From the NCBI GenBank assembly GCA_002359095.1, contig DEQD01000035.1:17440-41439 (forward strand): DNA of 24,000 nucleotides. The letters run 5' to 3'. The notes beneath the pieces were generated by a model, which was not told the origin of the DNA, ran no database searches, and worked only from the letters and a program-made list of their open reading frames with translations. Origin of the DNA: Bacillales bacterium UBA3375 (lineage in GTDB: Bacteria > Bacillota_I > Bacilli_A > UBA3375). The translations under genes were made by a program, and so were the position numbers. Positions 1 to 9,196 of the stretch are shown one piece after another (the stretch's first letter is position 1; each line of letters opens with the position of its first letter).

Positions 1-612
1 TGTGGTTTTATATCTAAGGACGAAGCGTTAAATAAAATTAAGATAGGTCAAGCAATTAACTTTGATGCACCATTTATTGATTTAGAAAATAACTTTGTTT
101 GTGCCAAAGCATTAGATAATCGTATAGGTGTAAGTATCGTTAGCATGTTAAATAAATTCTTTAAAGATAATCAACCTAGTGATGATATTTATTTGTGTGC
201 TAGTGTGCAAGAAGAAATAGGACTTCGTGGAGCTAATACATTAATGGGTGTTTTACCCAGTGATTTAGATGAAGTAATTGTTGTGGATGTAAGTCCGGTT
301 GATGATTACTATGATGAAAATCCTATTAATCGTTTAGGTGATGGATTCTTACTTAGAATTAAAGATCCGCGAATGGTTTTTAATTACAAGTTAATTAATA
401 AAGTTGAAGATATTTGTAATAATGAAGGGTTTAAATACCAACCATATTTCTCATTAGGCGGTACTGATGCTGCTAGTGTAGAGATTGCAGGAATTGGAAC
501 TAAAGTAATGGCATTATGTATAGGTGGAAGAAACATTCATAGTGCTAATAGTATAGTTAATATTAATGATGTAGAAGAATTATATAAATTCTTAACATTT
601 TATTTAGGATAA
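1..612 (+). CDS. M42 family metallopeptidase (glutamyl aminopeptidase, YtoP/FrvX-like), C-terminal part; the 5' end lies upstream of the window
   Basis: Frame 1 is open from nt 1 (CGFISKDEALNKIKIGQAINFDAPFIDLENNFVCAKALDNRIGVSIV...), so the ORF-track Met at 145 is internal. ALDNRxG, SVQEEIGLRGA and GGTDA motifs are typical of M42 peptidases. Confidence 0.8.
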   Translation, partial: CGFISKDEALNKIKIGQAINFDAPFIDLENNFVCAKALDNRIGVSIVSMLNKFFKDNQPSDDIYLCASVQEEIGLRGANTLMGVLPSDLDEVIVVDVSPVDDYYDENPINRLGDGFLLRIKDPRMVFNYKLINKVEDICNNEGFKYQPYFSLGGTDAASVEIAGIGTKVMALCIGGRNIHSANSIVNINDVEELYKFLTFYLG

Positions 613-615
613 ATT

Positions 616-1122
616 ATGAAGAAAAAAGTTAATAGTTTAATTTATATTGTATTAATAATGTTATCTGTTGGTATTGTAGCATCAACAATGCTAAATTATA
701 ATTATACATATAGTGATATTCGTAATTTAGCGTTTAATATAATTAATGCTAAAGATATGAAGTATAATGAAATTTATGGCGATTATGTATATTATAAGCC
801 ATCAGGATTTGAACAACAAAAAAGTGATAATCAGGTTAAACTAACAGGACCTGATGCTCAAATATTAATTCATTTTGGTAGTGAAAATATTGGAGATTAT
901 AATCTATATACCAAAATGAATTTAGATAAAGAAAAGAAATATGAATATGTTGATGAAAATAATAAATACTTTTATGTTTGGGAATATGATCAGGATTACA
1001 ACTTAGTTGTAGTTGGAGAAAATGATACGTATATTGAAGCATTAATTTCTAAAAATAAAGAAAAAGAAAATGTTTTAATCGTAGCCCAAATCTTTTCATC
1101 AATTAATAAATTGGAGCAATAA
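616..1122 (+). CDS. Hypothetical membrane-anchored protein (single N-terminal TM, Asn/Tyr/Lys-rich ectodomain)
   Basis: 168-aa ORF starting 4 nt after the upstream stop. N-terminus MKKKVNSLIYIVLIMLSVGIVAST is a signal-anchor with no lipobox Cys. No recognisable catalytic motif. Confidence 0.55.
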   Translation: MKKKVNSLIYIVLIMLSVGIVASTMLNYNYTYSDIRNLAFNIINAKDMKYNEIYGDYVYYKPSGFEQQKSDNQVKLTGPDAQILIHFGSENIGDYNLYTKMNLDKEKKYEYVDENNKYFYVWEYDQDYNLVVVGENDTYIEALISKNKEKENVLIVAQIFSSINKLEQ

Positions 1123-1655
1123 TGTTATTTAGTGGATATTATAATAAAGAAAATGAATGTTTAATTATTTCAAGTAATTCAAAGGTAGTAAAAAAGCAAG
1201 TAGATAATGGCGATGTTTATTTCTTTGATGAAGAAAATAAAATTGTTGGAGCAAACATTTTTATTAGTGGTTTAGAAGCGGGGTTAACGGATTTAAATCA
1301 AATTGATGATTCGCGTTTAGTACCATTTAAAAATGAAGAAGCACCATTTGTGTATGGATTAATTCAAAGTGTAGAAGATCATCCAGAAAGTGATCACTTA
1401 CATATTTGTCAAGTAAAAGATAAGGTAGAAAAACAAATTGTTTGTGGTGCTAAAAATGTCGAAGCAAATAAAGTGGGGATTGTTGCTCAAATTGGTGCAG
1501 TAATGCCAAATGGTATGAGTATTGTTCCTTCAAAATTACTTAAAGTAGAATCAATTGGAATGATGTGTTCTTTAAATGAGTTGGGTGAAAGTGATGAAAA
1601 AAACGGAATCTTTTTAAGCGATGATCAAAGTTTAGTTGGAAAACCAGTATTTTAG
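1122..1655 (+). CDS. ytpR: YtpR-like tRNA-binding domain protein (N-terminal DUF4479-like domain plus EMAP/Trbp111-type tRNA-binding OB fold)
   Basis: TAATG junction with the upstream gene. The C-terminal half, HPESDHLHICQVKDKVEKQIVCGAKNVEANKVGIVAQIGAVMPNG...SKLLKVESIGMMCS, matches the tRNA-binding domain shared with PheT and CsaA. Location near murC resembles my recollection of the B. subtilis ytp region. Confidence 0.7.
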   Translation: MLFSGYYNKENECLIISSNSKVVKKQVDNGDVYFFDEENKIVGANIFISGLEAGLTDLNQIDDSRLVPFKNEEAPFVYGLIQSVEDHPESDHLHICQVKDKVEKQIVCGAKNVEANKVGIVAQIGAVMPNGMSIVPSKLLKVESIGMMCSLNELGESDEKNGIFLSDDQSLVGKPVF

Positions 1656-1663
1656 GAAAGAGT

Positions 1664-2974
1664 ATGAAATATTATTTAATTGGAATTAAAGGAAGTGGAA
1701 TGAGTGCACTTGCTACTATTTTAAAACAACTAGGTAATGAAGTTGTTGGTAGTGATGTTACTAATACTTATTTTACAGATAAAAAATTAATTGATGCAGG
1801 AATTGAGTTTTTTGGATTTAATCCTAATAACTTAGATGATAGTATTGATTGTGTAATTATTGGTAATGCTTTTGATGATAGTAATGAAGAAGTAGTTAGA
1901 GCAAAAGAATTAGGACTTAATACTTGTCGTTATTATGAGTTTGTCAACAAACTAGCTTGTGAGTATAACTCAATAGCTATTTGTGGAACAAATGGTAAAA
2001 CAACAACGACGGGGATGACTAATTCAATTCTACCAAGTGAAGAAACAATAACTTTGATTGGTGATGGAACTGGTAGAGCTGGAAGTAATCCTAAATATTT
2101 TTTATTCGAAGCTTGTGAATATAAAAATACATTTTTAAACTATCATCCTCATTTATGTTTAATTACTAATATTGAAATGGATCATCCTGATTTCTTTAAA
2201 GATGTAGAAGATGTTATTAATTCATATCAGATGTTTGCTAATCAAAGTAAACAAGTAATTGTTAATGGGGATGATAATAATTGTTTGAAAATAAAGCATG
2301 AAGATATAATTACTTTTGGAATGAAAAATAGAGATGTTAATGTATTTATGGATAATATTAATTTAGATGCTAGTGGAGCAACATTTAATATTATTTATAA
2401 TAATCAAGATTTAGGACAATTTAATTTAGCTATCTTTGGTGAGCATATGTTGTATAATGCACTAGCCAGTATTACAATTGGTTTAGTTAAAGGTATTGAT
2501 ATTAATACTGTTATTAATAACTTAGGTCAGTTTAGTGGAGTTTCTCGTCGCTTTAATATAACAACACTTGATGAAGATAATAATGTTTACTTAATTGATG
2601 ATTATGCTCATCATCCAACAAGTATCAAATTAACAATTCAAGGAATTAGACAAAAGTATCCAAATTATAGTGTGACTGTATTATTTCAAGCTCATACTTA
2701 TAGCCGCGTAAATACATTTGCTCATGAGTTTTGCGAGTCTTTATCATTAGCAGATTATGTTTATATAGATGATATCTTTGGTAGTATTAGAGAACAAAGT
2801 GCCAGTGTTGGTAAAGAAGTAATGATTAAAGAATTACAAGATATGGGGGGGAATGTTATCTTAGATGTAGAAGATATTAAAAAGGTAGACAAAAATCATA
2901 TTATAGCAGTACTGGGGGCTGGTGATATTGATACTTATATGATTCCAAAAATAAAAGAAATAATGAAAGGGTAG
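1664..2974 (+). CDS. murC: UDP-N-acetylmuramate--L-alanine ligase
   Basis: N-terminal Rossmann motif IGIKGSGMSALA, Mur-ligase P-loop GTNGKTTTT, and DDYAHHPT motif. 436 aa is a typical length. Confidence 0.92.
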   Translation: MKYYLIGIKGSGMSALATILKQLGNEVVGSDVTNTYFTDKKLIDAGIEFFGFNPNNLDDSIDCVIIGNAFDDSNEEVVRAKELGLNTCRYYEFVNKLACEYNSIAICGTNGKTTTTGMTNSILPSEETITLIGDGTGRAGSNPKYFLFEACEYKNTFLNYHPHLCLITNIEMDHPDFFKDVEDVINSYQMFANQSKQVIVNGDDNNCLKIKHEDIITFGMKNRDVNVFMDNINLDASGATFNIIYNNQDLGQFNLAIFGEHMLYNALASITIGLVKGIDINTVINNLGQFSGVSRRFNITTLDEDNNVYLIDDYAHHPTSIKLTIQGIRQKYPNYSVTVLFQAHTYSRVNTFAHEFCESLSLADYVYIDDIFGSIREQSASVGKEVMIKELQDMGGNVILDVEDIKKVDKNHIIAVLGAGDIDTYMIPKIKEIMKG

Positions 2975-2976
2975 TT

Positions 2977-3897
2977 ATGAAATTAACGATCAAAGAATTT
3001 TTAGAGGTATTTAATGAGTTTGAATTATTAACTCCTGATGCTGATTTAGAAAAAGAAATTACAGTTCCAGAATTATCAAGGCCAGGGATTGAACTTACAG
3101 GATATACTGACTTTTTTCCTAGTTATCGTATTCAATTAATAGGAAAACAAGAAGTTAAGTATTTAGAAAGTATTGGTTATAATCATGAACACGTAACTAG
3201 ATTTTTAAATTCTGATATTCCAATTATTATTATTTGTCGTGACTTAAAAGTAAGTGATGAATTTATTAATTTAGCAAATAATAATGGAATACCTGTTGTT
3301 AGAACAAGTGAAGTAACTTCTAAAGTACAAGCACAAGTCTTTGTGTACTTAGAAGAAAGATTAGCTCCTTGGAAACAAATTCATGGAGTTTGTTTAAGTG
3401 TTCATGGTACTGGAATTATAATTACAGGTAAAAGTGGAGCTGGTAAGAGTGAGTTAGCACTGGAGTTAATTAATAGAGGTCACTTCTTAGTAGCTGATGA
3501 TAGTGTTATTATGAAATTTATTGATGATGATCACATCATTGCTTCAGCTCCTGATATACTAAAAAACCGTCTAGAAATTCGTGGACTAGGAATTATTGAT
3601 GTGACTAAATTATATGGTGTTACTCGTGTGCTTGAAAAAATTGATGTTCATTTAATTATCGAGATTAAACCTTATGAAGGTAATGAAGAACGAATCGGTT
3701 TAAACATTTTATATGAAGAAATAGAAGGACATAAAATTCCTAAAATTGTAATTCCGATGTCGCCTGGTCGTAACTTAGCTAATCTAGTTGAAACTGCAGT
3801 AGCTAACTTCAACCTTAAGACAATTCATAATTTTGATTCGGCAAAAGTATTTAAAGATGAATTGTCATCTAAATTAAAGGAACAAAGTAATGGATAA
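2977..3897 (+). CDS. hprK: HPr kinase/phosphorylase
   Basis: Walker A GKSGAGKSELALEL, HprK signature LEIRGLGIIDV, 306 aa. Conserved hprK-lgt gene pair. Confidence 0.93.
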   Translation: MKLTIKEFLEVFNEFELLTPDADLEKEITVPELSRPGIELTGYTDFFPSYRIQLIGKQEVKYLESIGYNHEHVTRFLNSDIPIIIICRDLKVSDEFINLANNNGIPVVRTSEVTSKVQAQVFVYLEERLAPWKQIHGVCLSVHGTGIIITGKSGAGKSELALELINRGHFLVADDSVIMKFIDDDHIIASAPDILKNRLEIRGLGIIDVTKLYGVTRVLEKIDVHLIIEIKPYEGNEERIGLNILYEEIEGHKIPKIVIPMSPGRNLANLVETAVANFNLKTIHNFDSAKVFKDELSSKLKEQSNG

Positions 3898-4675
3898 TAC
3901 AATTAATATTTTTGGAATTGAAATATATTATTATGCTATTATTATGGTAATAGCTATATTAGTAGGTATTGATTTAGCAAGAAGATGGTGGAAGAAAAAC
4001 AATTTAGATGAAAATGTGTTTGATAATATGATTTTTTATCTTATTATTTTTGCCTTTATTGGAGCAAGAACTTGGTATGTGTTATTTTCTTCTAATTTAG
4101 ATTATTATTTTTCTAATCCCATTAACATAATTAATCTTCGTCAAGGAGGATTAGCAATACATGGAGCTATGGTTGGTGGGTTATGTACGATTTTATATTT
4201 TTCAAAAAAATATAAAATACCATTTTTAAAAATTACAGATATAGCAACACCATGTTTAATGTTAGGTCAAGTAATTGGTCGTTGGGGAAATTTTATGAAC
4301 CAAGAGGCTCATGGACCACAAACAAGTTATGAGTTTTTAACAAATACGCTTCATTTACCTAACTTTATAGTCGAAGGAATGAATATTGGAGGAATATATT
4401 ATCATCCAACATTCTTATATGAAAGTGTATGGAACTTACTTGGTTTTATCATTATTTATACATTAATTAGAAAAATAAGTATGCCAACAGGAATGGTAAC
4501 AGCATTTTACTTAATTTGGTATGGATTTATTAGAAGTTTAATTGAAATACTAAGAACAGATGCCTTATATTTAGGTGGAATTAAAATAGCTCAATTAACA
4601 TCATTTAGTATGTTAATTGCTGGAATTGTATTAATAGTAATAATTAAAAGGAGAAAGAATGAGAATAGCAATTGA
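3890..4675 (+). CDS. lgt: Phosphatidylglycerol--prolipoprotein diacylglyceryl transferase
   Basis: Polytopic membrane protein with the Lgt signature GRWGNFMNQEAHG. Overlaps hprK by 8 nt. Confidence 0.92.
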   Translation: MDNTINIFGIEIYYYAIIMVIAILVGIDLARRWWKKNNLDENVFDNMIFYLIIFAFIGARTWYVLFSSNLDYYFSNPINIINLRQGGLAIHGAMVGGLCTILYFSKKYKIPFLKITDIATPCLMLGQVIGRWGNFMNQEAHGPQTSYEFLTNTLHLPNFIVEGMNIGGIYYHPTFLYESVWNLLGFIIIYTLIRKISMPTGMVTAFYLIWYGFIRSLIEILRTDALYLGGIKIAQLTSFSMLIAGIVLIVIIKRRKNENSN

Positions 4676-5636
4676 TATAACAGGTGGAGATAATTGTCCT
4701 AAAGATGCACTAGATGCTAGTCTTCGTTTTGCTAAAGATTATCAAGATATCGAGTTAACTATTTTAGGTTTTAGTGAAGATAAACCAACAACATTACCAA
4801 ATAATGTGGTTTATCGTGAAGTTAGTGAGTGTATTGATATTTGTGATGATCCAGCAATGAGTATTAGAACTAAAAAGGACTCTGCGATTGTAGTAGGTGC
4901 TGAGTTGGTTAAAGAAAATGCAGTTGATGCATTCTTATCTAGTGGTAGTACAGGAGCAATTGTTAGTGCGGGAGTACTTAAAGTAAAACGGTTAAAAAAT
5001 GTAGCAAGACCAGCATTTCCTATTTTTTTACCAAATGAGCATACAGGAAAAATGCGTATGTATTTAGATGTAGGTGCTACAGTTGATGCTAAACCAGAAC
5101 ACATTGTAAGTAATGCTAAATTAGCTAAAGTATATACTAATGTAATGTTTGGAATTACTAACCCTAACATTAAATTACTAAACATTGGAGCGGAAGAAAC
5201 TAAAGGTGATGAAGTTTATAAACAAGCATATCAATTGTTAAAAGAAGAAAGTGATTTAAACTTTACAGGTAATGTTGAAGGTTATAACTTACTTGATTCA
5301 GAAGCAGATATTATTGTTATGGAAGGTTTTGTTGGAAATATTGTTTTAAAAACATTGGAAGGTACTTTTGATATGTTTAAAACAAAACTAAAAAAAATGA
5401 TGTTAAAGAATTTAAAAGGTAAAATTTCAGCCCTACTTTTAAATAAATCTTTAAAAGAATTTAAAGAAGAATTAAATCCTCATAAAATTGCTTGTGCGCC
5501 TGTACTTGGTATTAATGGATTAATTGTTAAAGTCCATGGTAGTGCTAAAGAAGAGAACTATTATAATGCTTTAGTAGAAACTAAAAATTTAGTAGATAAT
5601 CAGTTAATTGAAAAGATGCGTAGTTATGAGTTATAA
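4659..5636 (+). CDS. plsX: Phosphate acyltransferase PlsX
   Basis: N-terminus MRIAIDITGGDNCP, plus GFVGNIVLKTLEG and VHGSA motifs typical of PlsX. 325 aa. Confidence 0.92.
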   Translation: MRIAIDITGGDNCPKDALDASLRFAKDYQDIELTILGFSEDKPTTLPNNVVYREVSECIDICDDPAMSIRTKKDSAIVVGAELVKENAVDAFLSSGSTGAIVSAGVLKVKRLKNVARPAFPIFLPNEHTGKMRMYLDVGATVDAKPEHIVSNAKLAKVYTNVMFGITNPNIKLLNIGAEETKGDEVYKQAYQLLKEESDLNFTGNVEGYNLLDSEADIIVMEGFVGNIVLKTLEGTFDMFKTKLKKMMLKNLKGKISALLLNKSLKEFKEELNPHKIACAPVLGINGLIVKVHGSAKEENYYNALVETKNLVDNQLIEKMRSYEL

Positions 5637-6306
5637 ACAACTATATAATCAATATAATTTTAAAGAATTAGAAAAGCGTTATAATATTTTCTTTGAAGAT
5701 AAAGAATTAATAGTTAGAGCATTTACTCATACTAGTTTTATTTGTAATGTAGATAAAAACTATGAACGTTTAGAGTTCTTAGGAGATTCAGTATTACAAA
5801 TGGTAGTTACTGATTATTTATATCGAAATCTACATTTACGTGAAGGGGAAATGAGTAAGTATCGTTCTAAACTAGTTAATGAGATTTCCTTAACTAAAAT
5901 TATGGAAGAAGAAGGGTTAACTAAATACATTATTGTTGGTGATTCGGTTAAAGGATTAACTCATGAAAAAGCATCTTATGTTGCAGATATGTATGAAAGT
6001 ATGGTAGCTAGTATTTATTTAGATCAAGGTTATGAAGTAGCTAGTAATTTTATAAAAAAAACACTACTTAGTAGAGAAAAGGAATTAATCACTAATGAAG
6101 ATAATCAAGATTATAAAACTAACTTACAAGAAATATTACAAAAAAACGGTACTATTAAAATAGAATATAAAACTAAGCAAGTAGATGAAGGATTATTTAG
6201 AAGTGTTGTTTGTGTTGATGATATCCAAATAGGTAAGGGTGAAGGAAGTAGTAAAAAAAATGCAGAACAAAAAGCTGCAAGGGAAGCGATGAAATTATAT
6301 GTGTAA
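5626..6306 (+). CDS. rnc: Ribonuclease III
   Basis: RNase III signature ERLEFLGDSVL and C-terminal dsRBD (GEGSSKKNAEQKAAREAM). The ORF track begins at a TTG (5608); I prefer the first ATG at 5626 (MSYKQLYNQ...), which overlaps plsX by 11 nt. Confidence 0.9.
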   Translation: MSYKQLYNQYNFKELEKRYNIFFEDKELIVRAFTHTSFICNVDKNYERLEFLGDSVLQMVVTDYLYRNLHLREGEMSKYRSKLVNEISLTKIMEEEGLTKYIIVGDSVKGLTHEKASYVADMYESMVASIYLDQGYEVASNFIKKTLLSREKELITNEDNQDYKTNLQEILQKNGTIKIEYKTKQVDEGLFRSVVCVDDIQIGKGEGSSKKNAEQKAAREAMKLYV

Positions 6307-7021
6307 AGATTTTTTTATAATAGCAGGTCCATGTAGTGTTGAGAGTGAAACACAAATGGAAGAAGTATTTAACAGTTTATCAAAGGTAAAAGAAGTAGTT
6401 GCTATTCGTGGTGGTGCTTTTAAACCTAGAACGAATCCAGAGTCGTTTCAAGGTTTAAAAGATAAAGGAATAGATATCCTTGTTGAAAAAAAACAAAAAT
6501 ATAATATGCCAATTGTAACAGAATTAATGGATGTAAGAAATATTGATTTGTTTAAAGATGTTGATGTAATTCAAATTGGTGCAAGAAATATGCAAAACTA
6601 TTCTCTTTTAGTTGCAGCTGCAAAATTAAATAAACCAATACTACTTAAAAGAGGTTTTGGAAATACAATTGATGAATTACTAGCAAGTGCAGATTATATT
6701 AAAAAAGCAGGAAATGACAAAATCATTTTATGTGAAAGAGGGATAAGAACATTTGAAAACTCTACCCGTTTTACACTAGATATTAGTGCTGTTTGTGTAC
6801 TGAAAGATAAATGCGATTATCCGGTTGTAATTGATCCATCACATGCAAGTGGAAATAGAGATTATGTATTAGCTTTATCAAGAGCAGCTAAAGCAGTCGG
6901 AGCAGATGGACTTATAATTGAAGTTCATCCAAATCCAGATGAAGCTTTAAGTGATAAAGATCAACAAGTAACAATAGAAGGATTTATGGATATAATTGAT
7001 AGTTTAAAAACAATTAATTAG
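6299..7021 (+). CDS. aroF: 3-deoxy-7-phosphoheptulonate (DAHP) synthase, type I-beta, bare catalytic barrel
   Basis: IAGPCSVES, GGAFKPRTNPESFQG, IGARNMQN, LKRG, CERGIRTFE and DPSHASGNR motifs of the KDO8PS-like DAHPS subfamily. Only 240 aa, so there is no N- or C-terminal regulatory domain. Confidence 0.88.
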   Translation: MCKDFFIIAGPCSVESETQMEEVFNSLSKVKEVVAIRGGAFKPRTNPESFQGLKDKGIDILVEKKQKYNMPIVTELMDVRNIDLFKDVDVIQIGARNMQNYSLLVAAAKLNKPILLKRGFGNTIDELLASADYIKKAGNDKIILCERGIRTFENSTRFTLDISAVCVLKDKCDYPVVIDPSHASGNRDYVLALSRAAKAVGADGLIIEVHPNPDEALSDKDQQVTIEGFMDIIDSLKTIN

Positions 7022-7032
7022 TTAATGGAGTA

Positions 7033-9189
7033 ATGATGAAAACAGTTATAGAGTTATATAAACAAGATATTAAAACAATTTGTAAAAACTGGGCAGCAAT
7101 CTTAGTAGTAGTTGCTTTATGTATTTTGCCAAGCCTATATGCTTGGTTTAACATTAAAGCATGTTGGGATCCTTATGATCCTAGTGCAACATCAAATATT
7201 AAAGTAGCAGTAGTAAATCAAGATGAAGGTTCTACCCTTAATGGTGAAGAAATAAATTTAGGAGACCAAATTGTAGCTCAACTAAAAACTAACAAGGCAC
7301 TAGGATGGCAGTTTTTAGATGAACAACAAGCTAATGAAGAGTTAGAGAATGAAAAAATCTTTGCGATGGTAACCATTCCCAAAGATTTTAGTGAAAATAT
7401 ATTATCAATAACCACAAATGATGTAAAACAAGGAGAAATTGATTATAAAGTTAATGAGAAGATTAATGCCATTGCTCCTAAAATAACTATAAAGGGAGCA
7501 CAAACAATTGAACAAAATGTAAGCAGTTTAATAGTTGGTACAATTACTGAAAAATTATTTACTGTTGCCAAAGATTTAGGAATAAATTTAGAAGATTCCC
7601 TTCCTGTTTTAAATGGAGTACTAGAACAAGTAAAAGGTTTACAATCTAAATTTGGTCAATTAAATACTTTGGTAAATACAGCTGATGTTGAAGCATCAGA
7701 GATTAAAGTGTTGTTAGAAGAAATAAAACAAGATTTACCAAATATTTCTTCTACTTTAAGTAGTGCAAATGAACTAGTAGAATCAATTGATCAATTTATT
7801 ACTACAGCACAATCGCAAATTGATAATATATCACCAACTATAACTCAAGATTTAGAAATTATTGCTTCGATTGCATCTGATGTGCAAACAGATGCTCAAA
7901 ATGTAATTAATGCGATTAATTCTGCAAGTGAACAAGCACCTGAACTAATTAGTAATCTAATTACAAAAGTAGATAATTTAATTAATCTAAATAATAGCTT
8001 AATAACTTTTTTAACTGCAATTAATAATATTGCTCCAAATCAACAATTAACTGATATTATTAATAGTTTAAATGGCTATGTAGCTTCACTAAATTCGTTA
8101 AAAACTAGTTTAAATGATGCTCTAACAGCACTAAATAATGGTTATACTCCAGATACTAGTGTGTTAGATAATATCGTTAATTTATCTAGTAGTGTTAATT
8201 CAACAGCGATTAGTATTAAAAATACTTATATTACTACTATTCAACCTCAAATTAATAATATTTTAAATCAAGCATTTAATACAGCTAGTGGTAGTTTAGG
8301 AATAATAAAATCAACTCAAAATAAATTACCAGAAATCGAAAATATTTTAAATCAAGGGATAACTATTGCCAATCAAGGTGGTGATGTTGTTGGTTTTGTA
8401 AAACAACACTTACCAGAAATTGAATCTTTTATTGGCGATGTTGTTCAAAAAGCAGATGATACAAAAGATTCTGGGATGTTAACTCAATTAATTACTTTAA
8501 TTACACATAATGTAGAAGAACGTGCAAACTTTTTAGCTCACCCAATTGTTTTAAATGAACAATCTATATTTAATATGAGTAATTATGGAACAGCGATGAC
8601 TCCATTTTATACTGTATTATGTCTATGGGTAGGGATGACATTACTTGTTAGTATGTTAAAAGTAGATGCAGGGAAAAAATATAGTGCTAAGGTTAATTAC
8701 TTTGCAAAATTACTATTGTTTTTAACAATAGCAATATTGCAATCACTAATCGCGTCAATCGGGGATTTAGCTATATTACAAATTTATTGTTCTAATCCAA
8801 TATTATTTGTAGCTTCAATGGTCTTTACTGCTATATGTTTTGCAATAATAGTTTATACTCTTGTATCAGTGTTTGGAAATATTGGTAAAGTGTTATCAAT
8901 TATTTTATTAGTGTTACAAGTAGCTGCAAGTGGTGGTACTTATCCTGTTGAATTAATGGGACCTTTCTTTAAAGCAATTCATCCATTCTTACCATTTACA
9001 TATGCAATTAGTATGGGACGTGAAGCAATAGGTGGAGTTGTTAGTTCAATCTTAATTAAAGATATTGTTATATTAGTAGCTTATATAATATTAGCACTAC
9101 TTATTGGTCTAATCCTAAAACCATTTATCAATAAATTAATGGAACCATTTAATGATAAATTAGAAGAAAGTGGTTTAACAGCAGAATAA
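7033..9189 (+). CDS. YhgE/Pip domain-containing membrane protein (phage-infection-protein family)
   Basis: N-terminal TM followed by LPSLYAWFNIKACWDPY...IKVAVVNQDEG. A long Asn/Ser/Thr/Leu/Ile-rich helical ectodomain of about 400 aa. C-terminal cluster of about 5 TM helices with QVAASGGTYPVE...FLPFTYAISMGREA. This is the characteristic YhgE/Pip N- and C-terminal domain architecture. Confidence 0.85.
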   Translation: MMKTVIELYKQDIKTICKNWAAILVVVALCILPSLYAWFNIKACWDPYDPSATSNIKVAVVNQDEGSTLNGEEINLGDQIVAQLKTNKALGWQFLDEQQANEELENEKIFAMVTIPKDFSENILSITTNDVKQGEIDYKVNEKINAIAPKITIKGAQTIEQNVSSLIVGTITEKLFTVAKDLGINLEDSLPVLNGVLEQVKGLQSKFGQLNTLVNTADVEASEIKVLLEEIKQDLPNISSTLSSANELVESIDQFITTAQSQIDNISPTITQDLEIIASIASDVQTDAQNVINAINSASEQAPELISNLITKVDNLINLNNSLITFLTAINNIAPNQQLTDIINSLNGYVASLNSLKTSLNDALTALNNGYTPDTSVLDNIVNLSSSVNSTAISIKNTYITTIQPQINNILNQAFNTASGSLGIIKSTQNKLPEIENILNQGITIANQGGDVVGFVKQHLPEIESFIGDVVQKADDTKDSGMLTQLITLITHNVEERANFLAHPIVLNEQSIFNMSNYGTAMTPFYTVLCLWVGMTLLVSMLKVDAGKKYSAKVNYFAKLLLFLTIAILQSLIASIGDLAILQIYCSNPILFVASMVFTAICFAIIVYTLVSVFGNIGKVLSIILLVLQVAASGGTYPVELMGPFFKAIHPFLPFTYAISMGREAIGGVVSSILIKDIVILVAYIILALLIGLILKPFINKLMEPFNDKLEESGLTAE

Positions 9190-9196
9190 GGATGCT

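Noticed and set aside
836-1042. 68-aa minus-strand ORF
   Set aside because: It lies entirely antisense within the better-supported 616-1122 + ORF. The sequence is low-complexity (Tyr/His/Leu/Gln-rich) as expected from AT-rich antisense DNA, with no SD or promoter.
2845-2851. G7 homopolymer inside murC, considered as a possible slipped-strand phase-variation tract because G-runs are rare in this AT-rich DNA
   Set aside because: The frame is intact, it encodes Met-Gly-Gly in a variable C-terminal part of an essential gene, and no second tract or regulatory context is present. It is most likely incidental.
4811-5185. 124-aa minus-strand ORF
   Set aside because: It is antisense to the strongly supported plsX gene and has no recognisable motifs. 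This is a typical shadow ORF.
5608-5625. Upstream alternative starts given by the ORF track (TTG 5608 for rnc, ATG 20728 for mltG, GTG 21764 for aroQ, GTG 22758 for the membrane protein)
   Set aside because: In each case an ATG a few codons downstream has a better-placed SD (for example GAGGAG at 20739-20744 and GGAGGAG before 22770) or gives a more canonical N-terminus. The uncertainty is only 3-8 codons.
8257-8420. Short exact DNA repeats (16 nt and 11 nt) considered as a tandem, CRISPR-like or recombination repeat
   Set aside because: There are only two copies of each, both in frame within yhgE, and they encode repeated helical peptide segments (NILNQ, LPEIE). There is no spacer-repeat periodicity, so these reflect protein-level internal repeats.
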